A stretch of 64,000 bases of DNA from an uncultured Planctomycetia bacterium (GCA_964421015.1 CAYQUS010000004.1:53744-117743), one strand, 5' to 3'; counted from the first letter of the stretch, positions 1 through 8,922 are shown. Program-made: numbers and translations. The notes: generated from the letters alone by a model not told the origin.

Positions 1-1243
1 CGTATTTCTGTTTAGTCAATGTAATGTCACCGCTCAAAACGTTGTCGGTAGCGGTGAAACAGTCTATTCCGGCCACGAATTTATTCTCCACCCCGCGCTC
101 CGGGAAAAATAGCCCTATTTCGGCTTTCGGTTTGAACTCGAAAGAGTCTATCCTGTGATTGACTTCGTAAGGATTACTCCCACCCCTGGAAACGGAAGCC
201 GTCCTGCGCGACCTGTACGAGGTAAGAGCGGAAACAGCCCATTCTCCGGCGGTAAAAGACGATAAAATCCTGGGTATGGCCGTAAAGTAATAATCCTCCG
301 TTTTTGCCCTGTCATTTGGGAACCGGGAAGCTCTCGTTCCGTCGCTTTGTATGTTGCCGGGATACAAAGCCCCCGGCTGGCCATACCAGTCCCTGTGGTA
401 AGCCGACGAGAATTCTATCTCAAACGGATCCGCCGGCGTCATCGTAAGAGAACCGAAAACATCGTCGGCCTCAAGATTATTATTGACCCTGTATCCGTCA
501 GAGTCCTTATGCGCGAAATTAAAAAAATACCCTATGGATTTCTCGGAACCTTCCGCGGAAATATATTCTTTATGGGACCTAAAACTTCCCAAAGCCTGAG
601 CGTACTTTATCCGGTGCCCCTTTTTCCCGCGTTTGGTGATTATATTCACCACTCCTCCCGAGGCGTTGTCTCCGTAAAGCACCGAATTCGCCCCCTTAAC
701 TATTTCTATCCGATCTATGGAAGCTATATCTACCTGCGAAAGATCTGCCCCGGACATATCTATCTGATTCATACGGCGCCCGTCAATAAGCACATCGTAG
801 TTCAAAAGCCCGGTTTCACCGAACCCCATCATATCTACGTTATTGTCCTTGGAATTACCCATGTACCCGTTAATGTTTATACCGGCCTTGCGAAAAAGTA
901 CGTCTTGCACACTGCGAGCGGCGGAAAGCTCCATCTCTTCAGATGTTATCACCGTGACGTTCTTGTTGATATTTGTGGTGTATTCAGGCGTCCTGCCCGG
1001 GGTCGACACTATGCGCGAGGCGTCAAAAACGGGAAGCAGCAAGGCCTCCGCCGGAGCGACCATGCTTTTTGATGTCTCCTTTCCGAATACCGGAGCCAGG
1101 ACCATCTCGACTGGCCCTGTAATAATGTCGGACACCCCGATTTTATTTTTTTTCGCATCAGATCGCGGTGGTTCTTCCTCACATTTAACAATACCCGAAT
1201 ATGCAAATGTCAATAAAACCACTAGAAACCATGTCCTGCGCAT
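1..1243 (-). CDS. TonB-dependent outer-membrane receptor, BtuB-like. N-terminal part only; the C-terminus lies beyond the window start
   Basis: Hand translation of the minus strand from the ATG at 1243 (SD GGAGG 5 nt upstream) gives MRRTWFLVVLLTFAYSG... (signal peptide) followed by a plug domain (NVTVITSEEMELSAARSVQDVLFRKAGIN...IDGRRMNQ...IASIDRIEIVKGANSVLYGDNASGGVVNIITKRG). There is no stop before position 1. The ORF track omitted it because it is open-ended. It lies directly downstream of a cobalamin riboswitch. Confidence 0.85.
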   Translation of the reverse strand, partial: MRRTWFLVVLLTFAYSGIVKCEEEPPRSDAKKNKIGVSDIITGPVEMVLAPVFGKETSKSMVAPAEALLLPVFDASRIVSTPGRTPEYTTNINKNVTVITSEEMELSAARSVQDVLFRKAGININGYMGNSKDNNVDMMGFGETGLLNYDVLIDGRRMNQIDMSGADLSQVDIASIDRIEIVKGANSVLYGDNASGGVVNIITKRGKKGHRIKYAQALGSFRSHKEYISAEGSEKSIGYFFNFAHKDSDGYRVNNNLEADDVFGSLTMTPADPFEIEFSSAYHRDWYGQPGALYPGNIQSDGTRASRFPNDRAKTEDYYFTAIPRILSSFTAGEWAVSALTSYRSRRTASVSRGGSNPYEVNHRIDSFEFKPKAEIGLFFPERGVENKFVAGIDCFTATDNVLSGDITLTKQKY

Positions 1244-1329
1244 GCGTCCTCCGTCTTTTGGGGCATTCGGGCTTTACCGTTGCGCGACAGCTGCGAAATT
1301 TCATCGCATTTCCCCCTGTGAGAAACAAA

Positions 1330-1361
1330 CCCCCCCGGCGATGAACTTCCCCGCCGGGGGG
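1330..1361 (-). terminator. Intrinsic terminator (riboswitch expression platform) between the cobalamin aptamer and the receptor start codon
   Basis: Minus strand: CCCCCCGGCG-GGGAAGTTCAT-CGCCGGGGGG, a 10-bp GC stem, followed by GTTTGTTTCT. Confidence 0.6.
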
Positions 1362-1424
1362 CTACCGTTTTGACCCCTCAACACCGTCCCGGCCTCCTCG
1401 GGCCGTTACGTCACTTTAAAACCA

Positions 1425-1600
1425 AGGGCAGGTCTTCTGGCTCAACCTCTCTTTAGGGAACCTTCCCGTCCTTTGGACAGTGGCGTTCTAGCCCGAAAGT
1501 TCCGCGTCTTTTACGCGGACGGTTTTACAGCGGCGGGACCGCGCCCGATTTCAACGGGCTTCCCTATTAAAGCCTTTCATAACACAAAAGGCTACCCTTA
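1425..1600 (-). promoter_or_regulatory. Adenosylcobalamin (B12) riboswitch
   Basis: Minus strand reads AATAGGGAAGCCCGTTGAAATCGGGCGCGGTCCCGCCGCTGTAAAACCG...GCCACTGTCCAAAGGACGGGAAGG...GAGCCAGAAGACCTGCCC. This matches the conserved cobalamin-riboswitch core (AGGGAA, GGTGAAAtCC-like segment, GCGGTCCCGCC.CTGTAA) and the B12 box (AGYCMGGAGACCKGCC). Confidence 0.85.
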
Positions 1601-1634
1601 AGATCTAATGATCCTTTTCACTTCATTGTTGCGC

Positions 1635-2138
1635 CTATCGAGCAAGCAAAAAATTACTATACCGCGATCCTCCGAAAGATCTTACGAAAAACCCATAAAC
1701 CGAGAAAAGTATCGCTGAAAATATAAGATTCCCTGCGATCATATTCCTGAGAAATGGTAAAGCCATGGCGTAGCAGTTAAGTAACCCCTGAAAAGTAGGG
1801 GGGTACCAGAACAACCATACACCAAAGTTTGAAATGACGAAGAACATCAGGACTCCCCCCAATGTCATAAAAAAAACTCCGAGAGGACCGGTCCTACCCT
1901 TCAGAAGGGTTCCCGCTATGCCAACGATCAAAAAACCTCCCCAGGTAAACGGAATAATATCGTGAAAGCCTATGATCGCATCCGTGAGGACCATAACCGC
2001 CAGAGGAACCCATGGGGCTATCCGTCGGTCCAAATAGGCTCCCGAAAAAACAGCTATAGAAATAATGGGAGCCGCGTTGTGATCAAGCGGTAAAAGCCTC
2101 AAAGCGAACCCGGCAAGAATTAGCAAGTACGCCAGCAT
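1635..2138 (-). CDS. Small polytopic inner-membrane protein of unknown function (about 5 TM helices; N-terminal LLPLDHNxAPI motif)
   Basis: 167-aa ORF that is hydrophobic throughout. No catalytic motif recognised. Confidence 0.5.
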   Translation of the reverse strand: MLAYLLILAGFALRLLPLDHNAAPIISIAVFSGAYLDRRIAPWVPLAVMVLTDAIIGFHDIIPFTWGGFLIVGIAGTLLKGRTGPLGVFFMTLGGVLMFFVISNFGVWLFWYPPTFQGLLNCYAMALPFLRNMIAGNLIFSAILFSVYGFFVRSFGGSRYSNFLLAR

Positions 2139-2159
2139 TTTGTCTCCTTATATGGTTTG

Positions 2160-2906
2160 TTATAAAGAATTTCCGGAAGCCCGCTTATCTTTTTTTCTGA
2201 AAAACGGTCCGAACTGATATCTCAAGACCAGATAAAAAAATCTTATAGTGTCCCTCACCGGGTTTATCTGAGACTGTTCGTCCCCATATATGGTCCTAAC
2301 AGAAACCGATTTTATCTTAAACCCCTGCCTGGCGGCCTTTATGAGCATTTCCGACTCGATGTCGTACCTGGAAGACTCAAGTCGGAGCTGCTCAAGAGCG
2401 GAAGCCCTTACTATCCTGAACCCGCATTGGGTGTCGGGTATAGTCTGCCGGCACATTTTAGAAACAACAAAAGAAGTGAACCTGTTAGTAAGATAGCGAA
2501 GCGTAGGCATATTTTCCGTATACTGCATACGGTTACCGGTCACCATATCCGCTTCCCCGTCACGGGCTCCGGACATAAGAGCCATTATGTCTTCAGTGTG
2601 GTGCTGCCCGTCTCCATCCATCAACACAACCCATTCAAATCTGGTTTTCTGGGAAACGTAATCTATACCCTGCCGGACAGAACTGCCCTTGCCGAGGTTC
2701 CTTTTGTGTCTAATGACCATCGCCCCGTTGTCCAGGGCAGCGCGTTCCGTGGCGTCGGTTGACCCGTCGTCCACAACAAGCACGGACATCCCCATCTCAG
2801 TGATGTTCCTCACTATCGAACCTATGGTCTTAGCCTCGTTATACGAGGGTATGACCACTATCGTATTGCCTATTTTGGGTCCCATATTCTCCTGAAGGCA
2901 TACCAC
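2160..2906 (-). CDS. Family 2 glycosyltransferase (dolichyl/polyprenyl-phosphate sugar transferase-like)
   Basis: IVVIPSYNEAKTI...VLVVDDGSTD...DGDGQH motifs typical of GT2 / DPM1-like enzymes. Confidence 0.75.
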   Translation of the reverse strand: MVCLQENMGPKIGNTIVVIPSYNEAKTIGSIVRNITEMGMSVLVVDDGSTDATERAALDNGAMVIRHKRNLGKGSSVRQGIDYVSQKTRFEWVVLMDGDGQHHTEDIMALMSGARDGEADMVTGNRMQYTENMPTLRYLTNRFTSFVVSKMCRQTIPDTQCGFRIVRASALEQLRLESSRYDIESEMLIKAARQGFKIKSVSVRTIYGDEQSQINPVRDTIRFFYLVLRYQFGPFFRKKDKRASGNSL

Positions 2907-3730
2907 TGGTCGGGATACCTTATTATGTACTTCTCAAAAAGCCTGGCATATTCTCCGATAAGACCTCTCACGTCACTCTCATGATCCCCCGTAGAATGAT
3001 ATCTTATCGGCTTCTCAAAAACAAGCTTGAACTTATCTCCTTTCTCCCGGGTAAGCGCCGTAAAAACTATCGGCGCTCCTGTTCTCAGGGAAATAACTGC
3101 CGCTCCTCTCGGAAGAAGCGTTTTTCGGCCGAAAAATTCGACTTCCACTCCCGTCAAAGTATAATCCTTGTCCGCGGCTATAGCAACTATCTGATTCTTG
3201 TTCAAAGCCTTAAAACAACTGCGGACATTAGCGCCTGTCGGTATGCTTTTTACACGGTTAATTGCCCTCTGAGAGTTAAAGAAGTTATTTATCCTGGGAT
3301 TAGCGTGTTCAAGAGCTATAACACAAAGGTCGTATCCAAGCGCTCCTACAAGAGCAGCCCCCAATTCCCAGTTTCCGAGGTGTAATGCCACAAGAATGGC
3401 CCCTTTACCCTCAGAAAGGCAGATATCCAGATTTTCCCTTCCGGAAACATCGATGTTGGACGAGATGTATTCCTCCGAAAACCTGGGAAATCTGAAAAAA
3501 TCCACAAGGTACTTGGCGAAATTCTTGAATATCCTGAATATATTTCTGTCAATCTCTGTTTGGGAAGCCCCCGGACCAAGCACCACGCTGAGATTAGCGC
3601 ACAGATCCTGCCTGTCCCTTCGAGATAACCAGAAATACACCCACGCTATGGAACCCGCTATAGCGTAAGCGACCCTTATCGGGAAAAGCCTTGCCAGAAA
3701 GAAACCTGTCATGTAGACATAGTAGAGCAT
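2870..3730 (-). CDS. Lipid A biosynthesis lauroyl/myristoyl acyltransferase family (LpxL/HtrB-like lysophospholipid acyltransferase)
   Basis: N-terminal TM helix, then the HLGNWE motif and the overall LPLAT/LpxL architecture. 286 aa. Confidence 0.65.
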   Translation of the reverse strand: MLYYVYMTGFFLARLFPIRVAYAIAGSIAWVYFWLSRRDRQDLCANLSVVLGPGASQTEIDRNIFRIFKNFAKYLVDFFRFPRFSEEYISSNIDVSGRENLDICLSEGKGAILVALHLGNWELGAALVGALGYDLCVIALEHANPRINNFFNSQRAINRVKSIPTGANVRSCFKALNKNQIVAIAADKDYTLTGVEVEFFGRKTLLPRGAAVISLRTGAPIVFTALTREKGDKFKLVFEKPIRYHSTGDHESDVRGLIGEYARLFEKYIIRYPDQWYAFRRIWDPK

Positions 3731-4851
3731 CGCTGAGCCTCAAATAGGAGACGCGCCGTGTCCACCGCGCTTTCGGGATGGGCTATCTCCAACGCTTTGT
3801 CCTTCATACCTTTAAGTTTTTGTCTATCATCAAAGAGTTCATTTAGTTTAGCGTGCAAAATCCCCATATCCTTGACCTCTATGGCAACTCCCTTTGACAG
3901 GAGATAATCCGTGTTCATCCTCTCATGTCCCGGTATGGGTTTTACTATCACTATGGGCAGCCCCTTAACGAGGGCCTCAGAAGTTGTCATCCCTCCGGGT
4001 TTGCTGACAATAACGTCAGCGGCATCCATAAGGATGTCTACGTTGTCGACATAAGAAAAAAGCTTTACCTCACCTGCGTTACCCTGAATGACGGTTTTCT
4101 GAAGTCTCTTAAGAAGCCTGGTATTGGATCCCGTAACCACCATCAGTTGATAATCTCGTTTTCTATCCGAGACCAGTGAAAGCACTGTCTCCTCAACCGC
4201 GCCCAACCCTTGACTTCCTCCCATTATGAGAACAACCGGTTTGCCGGACTTAAGCCCGACCATGGAAAGCGCGATGTCCTTATCCCGCCTGGAAGCGAAA
4301 ACCGGATCCACCGGGATACCGTATACTCGTATCCGCTCTCCGGGAACACCTTTTTCCTTAAGCCTGTTCGCCGTTTCCACGGAAGGGGCCACATAATAAT
4401 CAACTTCGTTATTTAGCCAATAGGAGTGAGGCGCATGATCCGTAAGCACACCTATAAGGGGCACGTCTGACAAAAATTTCCTTTTATAGTCCGACATCAT
4501 TCCGCATGGGAAGGCCTGTGTGCAGAAAACCGCGTCAGGAGAATATTTTTTCACAAGCCTGCCGATTTTGGCCATATTGAACCTGTGCAATGCCTCGCGC
4601 ACTTTCTGGGTTCTTTTCATTACTTCCGGGTTATCGTACATCCGCTCCCATATCTCAGGTCTTTTCCGTATAACCTCCATGTAGGCCCTGTTTATTATCT
4701 TGCCCAATACAGGATTGGTATATCCAAGAGCATTTATTTTCGTGACTTCAACTTCTTCCGTAAGCTCCGCGAAACCCGCTTCAATAGCCCGTGCGGCTCT
4801 GTAATGCCCGGAAAACCTGGAGATGTAGAGAAGAAGCGCTTTTTTCTTCAT
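3709..4851 (-). CDS. GT28-family glycosyltransferase (MGDG synthase / processive diacylglycerol glycosyltransferase-like)
   Basis: 380 aa. The N-terminal half resembles the MGDG synthase N-domain; the C-terminal half is GT-B (GGSQG-like motif). Clustered with an acyltransferase and a GT2. Confidence 0.65.
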   Translation of the reverse strand: MKKKALLLYISRFSGHYRAARAIEAGFAELTEEVEVTKINALGYTNPVLGKIINRAYMEVIRKRPEIWERMYDNPEVMKRTQKVREALHRFNMAKIGRLVKKYSPDAVFCTQAFPCGMMSDYKRKFLSDVPLIGVLTDHAPHSYWLNNEVDYYVAPSVETANRLKEKGVPGERIRVYGIPVDPVFASRRDKDIALSMVGLKSGKPVVLIMGGSQGLGAVEETVLSLVSDRKRDYQLMVVTGSNTRLLKRLQKTVIQGNAGEVKLFSYVDNVDILMDAADVIVSKPGGMTTSEALVKGLPIVIVKPIPGHERMNTDYLLSKGVAIEVKDMGILHAKLNELFDDRQKLKGMKDKALEIAHPESAVDTARLLFEAQRCSTMST

Positions 4852-4867
4852 AAACCTACCGTAAAAT

Positions 4868-5113
4868 TCATTCCCTTACTTCGGCGATGACCTCTCCGGA
4901 AACAGCTTTCTGTCCTTTTTGCTTGAAGATATTGATTATCGTTCCGTCACACGGAGAAGACACGTCAAAAGTAGCCTTATCAGACGAAACCTCTACTATA
5001 TCCTGTCCTTTCTCTACTCTGGAATTGAGGCCCAAATACCAATGCGTGACCACGGCTCCGTCCCGGGAAGACACCTCAGGCATTTTTACCAGCATAAAGA
5101 CTCTCCTTCTCAA
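4868..5113 (-). CDS. Standalone lipoyl-attachment (biotinyl/lipoyl) domain protein
   Basis: 81 aa with VEVSSDKATFDVSSPCDGTI, the lipoyl-lysine DKA motif. The annotated start overlaps the lipB end, so the real start is probably an internal Met (MLVKMPEV). Confidence 0.6.
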   Translation of the reverse strand: MRRRVFMLVKMPEVSSRDGAVVTHWYLGLNSRVEKGQDIVEVSSDKATFDVSSPCDGTIINIFKQKGQKAVSGEVIAEVRE

Positions 5114-5738
5114 GCATACTCGAAAAACACTCCGAAAAAACTCTCTTTACATCGGGCATATTGAGCTTTTTCCCGGTTATCTCCCTGGCCGAAGTTACCT
5201 GTATGTCCGGCTCTCCGCACGGATCTATCATCTCAAAAGGATATATCTCGTTATTTATGTTGACGGCAACCCCATGCGAGGTCACCCATTTGCGCAGCTT
5301 TATCCCGGTAAACGCTATTTTTTTTCCAAAAACCCACACGCCTCTTCTCTCGGGGTTGCGAACGGCAGGTATTCCGATTTTTTGAAGAGAACGCATCGTG
5401 ACCTGCTCCAGAATATCCAGAAAACGCGAAACATCCCGCATTTCACCCTCCAGAGCTACGATCGGATAGACCAAAAGCTGTCCGGGAGCATGATATGTTA
5501 CTCCGCCCCCTCTTTGGGTTATTTTCATCTCTATCCCGCGTGAGGTAAAAAAATCCCTGTCACGTATATGTTCCGGCAGGAACGCTCTACCTAAGGTGAG
5601 CACGGGAGTGTGTTCCATCAAAAGCACGGTATCTCCTACTGTCCCTTTTATCCTTTTTTCAAGAAAAAGTTCCTGGGCCAAAACGCCCTCGTCGTAGGGA
5701 ACGGTGCCTAGATCCAAAACTTCTATTTTCATCTTCAC
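5076..5738 (-). CDS. lipB: Octanoyltransferase (lipoyl(octanoyl) transferase LipB)
   Basis: 220 aa; LMEHTPVLTLGR...GGGVTYHAPGQLLVYPI matches LipB conserved motifs. Confidence 0.8.
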   Translation of the reverse strand: MKMKIEVLDLGTVPYDEGVLAQELFLEKRIKGTVGDTVLLMEHTPVLTLGRAFLPEHIRDRDFFTSRGIEMKITQRGGGVTYHAPGQLLVYPIVALEGEMRDVSRFLDILEQVTMRSLQKIGIPAVRNPERRGVWVFGKKIAFTGIKLRKWVTSHGVAVNINNEIYPFEMIDPCGEPDIQVTSAREITGKKLNMPDVKRVFSECFSSMLEKESLYAGKNA

Positions 5739-5752
5739 TTTTGCGGAACAGT

Positions 5753-6256
5753 TCAGGCTATGTCGGAAAATCCGCCGTGAGCCTTGAAATATTCTATTAC
5801 TCCGCCCGCGTCGAGAAACTTTTTCATTATTTCGGGAATGGGCTTGATCTCTATATTCACTCCCTTGGAGATATTCTTGAGCACGTTCTTCTCCAGATCC
5901 AGCTCAAGCTCGTCCATGTCGTCTATATAGTTTGTCTCGCATTCTATCAGGCAAAGACCAACGTTGAAAGCGTTCCTATAGAATATCCTGGCGTAGCTTC
6001 TGGCTATAACAGCCGATATCCCGCTGGCCTTAAGCGCGACGGGGGCCTGCTCCCTGGAAGAACCGCACCCGAAATTATTTCCAGCCACCAGGAAATCCCC
6101 GGGTTTAAGGCGCTTATGAAAATCCTCCTCAAGATCCTCAAATATGTGCTTTGCTAGTTCCTTATGATCCTGTATTTTGAACTTGTACCTTCCCGAAATG
6201 ACGTAATCGGTGTTTATATCATTGGATATTTTAAGACGTCTAGCGAATTTCGCCAT
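5753..6256 (-). CDS. leuD: 3-isopropylmalate dehydratase small subunit (short LeuD type; could alternatively be a homoaconitase small subunit)
   Basis: 167 aa aconitase-swivel domain (GDNIDTD-like NDINTDYVI, GCGSSREQAP). Confidence 0.75.
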   Translation of the reverse strand: MAKFARRLKISNDINTDYVISGRYKFKIQDHKELAKHIFEDLEEDFHKRLKPGDFLVAGNNFGCGSSREQAPVALKASGISAVIARSYARIFYRNAFNVGLCLIECETNYIDDMDELELDLEKNVLKNISKGVNIEIKPIPEIMKKFLDAGGVIEYFKAHGGFSDIA

Positions 6257-6282
6257 ATACCTTCCTCCCTTCCCTTAAAAAC

Positions 6283-7548
6283 CTACTTTATGCGTCTCTT
6301 ATGTTCTCTGGGATCAGCTATTTTACCTTCCAAAGCGGTGGCCGCGGCCGTGGCGGGACTGCCGAGATATATTCCCGAGTTAGGATTCCCCATTCGTCCC
6401 TTAAAATTTCTGTTTGCCGTCGATAAGGCCACTTCACCGTCGGCAAGAACTCCCTGATGAGTTCCAACGCAGGGCCCGCATCCGGGATTATTGACCACGG
6501 CGCCGGAACTCACAAATATCTCTATGAGCCCGGATTTCAAAGCCTCAAGGTATATTTTCCGCGAAGCCGGAGTGATTATCAGTTTCATGCCGCGGGCTAT
6601 TTTCCTTCCCTTGAGTATACTGGCCGCTATCTCAAGGTCCTCCAGACGCCCGTTTGTGCATGTCCCGATGGAAACTTCATCAATGTGAGTGCCTAAAACT
6701 TCCTCTACAGAACATACATTGTCGACGGTATCCGGCCGGGCTATCTGAGGCGAGAGCCCGCTGACATCGAATTTCCTTTCCTCGGCGTATACGGCGTCAT
6801 CATCCGGAGCGACCGGCCTGGCCTCCCTTGAAGAGTGCTTTTTTATCCAGTCGATAGTCTTCTTGTCGGCTTCCATCAATCCGCACTTAGCTCCCATTTC
6901 AACGGCCATATTTGATATGGTCATCCTGGCGTCAACGCTAAGATCGCTTATGGTCTTTCCCGAAAACTCAACTGAACGATAATTAGCCCAGTCCGCTCCG
7001 ACGTCGCCGATTATCTTCAGTATTATGTCTTTCGAGTAAACCCCCTTATTGAGCTTGCCTTCGACCACTATCTTCACCGTTTCCGGGACCTTGAACCAGT
7101 TTTTGCCGCTGGCCAGGGCGACCGCCAGATCCGTAGACCCCACCCCCGTGGAAAGCGCGTTAAGAGCCCCGTAAGTACACGTGTGTGAATCAGCCCCGAG
7201 AACCAGGTCTCCGGAGACTACAAACCCGGACTCCGGAACAAGCTGGTGGCATACGCCGCAACCTACGTCAAAAACCCTTACTCCCTGCTCTGACCCGAAC
7301 CGCCTTATCTTGTCGTGTATCGCTGAAACCCCGATATTGGGGCTGGGAGCTGAATGGTCTATCACCATGCAGAAGGAATCCCTTTTAAAAACATTATCGA
7401 CTCCCATTCTTTTGAAGCTATCTATTATCATTCCGCTGGTCCCGTCCTGGCCGAAACAAAAATCAACATCCGCCATAACAATGTCCCCTGCCATGGCCCT
7501 TCGCCCGCTGTGTTTAGACAGTATTTTTTCAGCTATAGTCTGCGACAT
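6283..7548 (-). CDS. leuC: 3-isopropylmalate dehydratase large subunit
   Basis: 421 aa aconitase catalytic domain with cluster cysteines (GTCTNG, NPGCGPC). Adjacent to leuD. Confidence 0.8.
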   Translation of the reverse strand: MSQTIAEKILSKHSGRRAMAGDIVMADVDFCFGQDGTSGMIIDSFKRMGVDNVFKRDSFCMVIDHSAPSPNIGVSAIHDKIRRFGSEQGVRVFDVGCGVCHQLVPESGFVVSGDLVLGADSHTCTYGALNALSTGVGSTDLAVALASGKNWFKVPETVKIVVEGKLNKGVYSKDIILKIIGDVGADWANYRSVEFSGKTISDLSVDARMTISNMAVEMGAKCGLMEADKKTIDWIKKHSSREARPVAPDDDAVYAEERKFDVSGLSPQIARPDTVDNVCSVEEVLGTHIDEVSIGTCTNGRLEDLEIAASILKGRKIARGMKLIITPASRKIYLEALKSGLIEIFVSSGAVVNNPGCGPCVGTHQGVLADGEVALSTANRNFKGRMGNPNSGIYLGSPATAAATALEGKIADPREHKRRIK

Positions 7549-7592
7549 TTCTCAACTCCCCTTTTCATAAGTGTTAAAACAGCAACTTGAAA

Positions 7593-8792
7593 TCAGGCCT
7601 CTCTTACCCACTGCGTGATCCTTCCTACACCTTTTTTGATTGTCTCAAGATCGGTAGCGAAACTCAACCGGACATATTTATCATCACCGAACGGGCCTCC
7701 CGGAATAACAGCTACTTTTTTTTCCTTAAGCAGCCTTTCGGAAAACTCAACGGATCCCATCCCGGTACGGGAAACATCGCAGAACATATAGAACGCTCCC
7801 AGAGGAATGAACGGTTTTATCTTTTCCTGCCCCGAAAAAAGCTCCAGCATAACGTCCCTGCGCTTTCTATATTCGGCGCAGTTCCTCTTTATCTCATCTT
7901 CGAGTTCCAGTGAGGTCATGGCGTATTCCGCGGCCGCCTGGCTTATGGAACAGGGATTGGAGGTGGTCTGGCTCTGGAAATTGGATATTAGGGAAGCCAG
8001 TGTCCTCTCCGCGGCGGCATACCCTATCCGCCAGCCTGTCATGGCATAGCTTTTCGAAACACCGTTTATTACGACGGTAATGTCTCTTACTGCCGGCGAG
8101 ACAGCGGCTATGGAGAAATGTTTTTTGCCGTCGAACATAATTTTCTCGTAAATCTCGTCACTTATTATGACCACTCCCTTTTCCAGGCATACCTCCGCGA
8201 TATCCCTGAGCTCTTTCTCATCATACACCGCTCCCGCGGGGTTAGAGGGGCTGTTGATTATTATGGCCTTGGTTTTGGATGTAACGGCTTTTCTGATATC
8301 GCTGGGAGAGACCCTGAAACCGGCGTCCGCTGATGTATTTATTATGACCGGTTTACCCCCTGCGAGCGTTACCATCTCAGGATAGCTCAACCAGTACGGG
8401 TGAACCACTATTACCTCGTCCCCGGGGTTGCACAGAACCCTCAAAGTGTTATATATCGAATGTTTAGCCCCGCAGGAAACCACTATCTCCCCCGGAGAAT
8501 ATTCTACCCCGTTATCCCTCTTAAGTTTTTCGGCTATGGCTTTCCGCAAAGAAAGCGTCCCGGCGGCCGGAGTATACCTGGTTTCCCCTCTTTCCATGGC
8601 TTGCAAGGCCGCTTTCCTGACACTCACCGGTGTGTCAAAATCCGGTTCTCCCGCGGCGAGGATAACGACATCCTCTCCTTTCTTTACCATATCCTTGGCT
8701 TTTGATGTTATTTCAAGGGTCGCGGATGGCTCGAGGGAACTGATAGTTTCAGAGAATTTTATCTTTTTGCGGGAAAGAACATTCTCAGACAT
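7593..8792 (-). CDS. Class I pyridoxal-phosphate aminotransferase (aspartate aminotransferase-like)
   Basis: 399 aa fold-type I aminotransferase; SKSYAMTGWRIGY lysine motif. Confidence 0.8.
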   Translation of the reverse strand: MSENVLSRKKIKFSETISSLEPSATLEITSKAKDMVKKGEDVVILAAGEPDFDTPVSVRKAALQAMERGETRYTPAAGTLSLRKAIAEKLKRDNGVEYSPGEIVVSCGAKHSIYNTLRVLCNPGDEVIVVHPYWLSYPEMVTLAGGKPVIINTSADAGFRVSPSDIRKAVTSKTKAIIINSPSNPAGAVYDEKELRDIAEVCLEKGVVIISDEIYEKIMFDGKKHFSIAAVSPAVRDITVVINGVSKSYAMTGWRIGYAAAERTLASLISNFQSQTTSNPCSISQAAAEYAMTSLELEDEIKRNCAEYRKRRDVMLELFSGQEKIKPFIPLGAFYMFCDVSRTGMGSVEFSERLLKEKKVAVIPGGPFGDDKYVRLSFATDLETIKKGVGRITQWVREA

Positions 8793-8922
8793 TAAACTCC
8801 TCCTTAAAACAGTAATAGTAGTTATTCTTTAAAGGGATAGGCGTCAGGAAGACCTCAAGAAGGAAAACCACTTTTCTTCCGCGCAAGGCCCTACAGCGCA
8901 TTAAGATATCATAACAGTGTGT

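Noticed and set aside
347-1373. Two plus-strand ORFs (241 aa and 176 aa) covering the first 1.3 kb
   Set aside because: They lie antisense to a clearly recognisable TonB-dependent receptor plug domain read on the minus strand and have no recognisable motifs. They are shadow ORFs.
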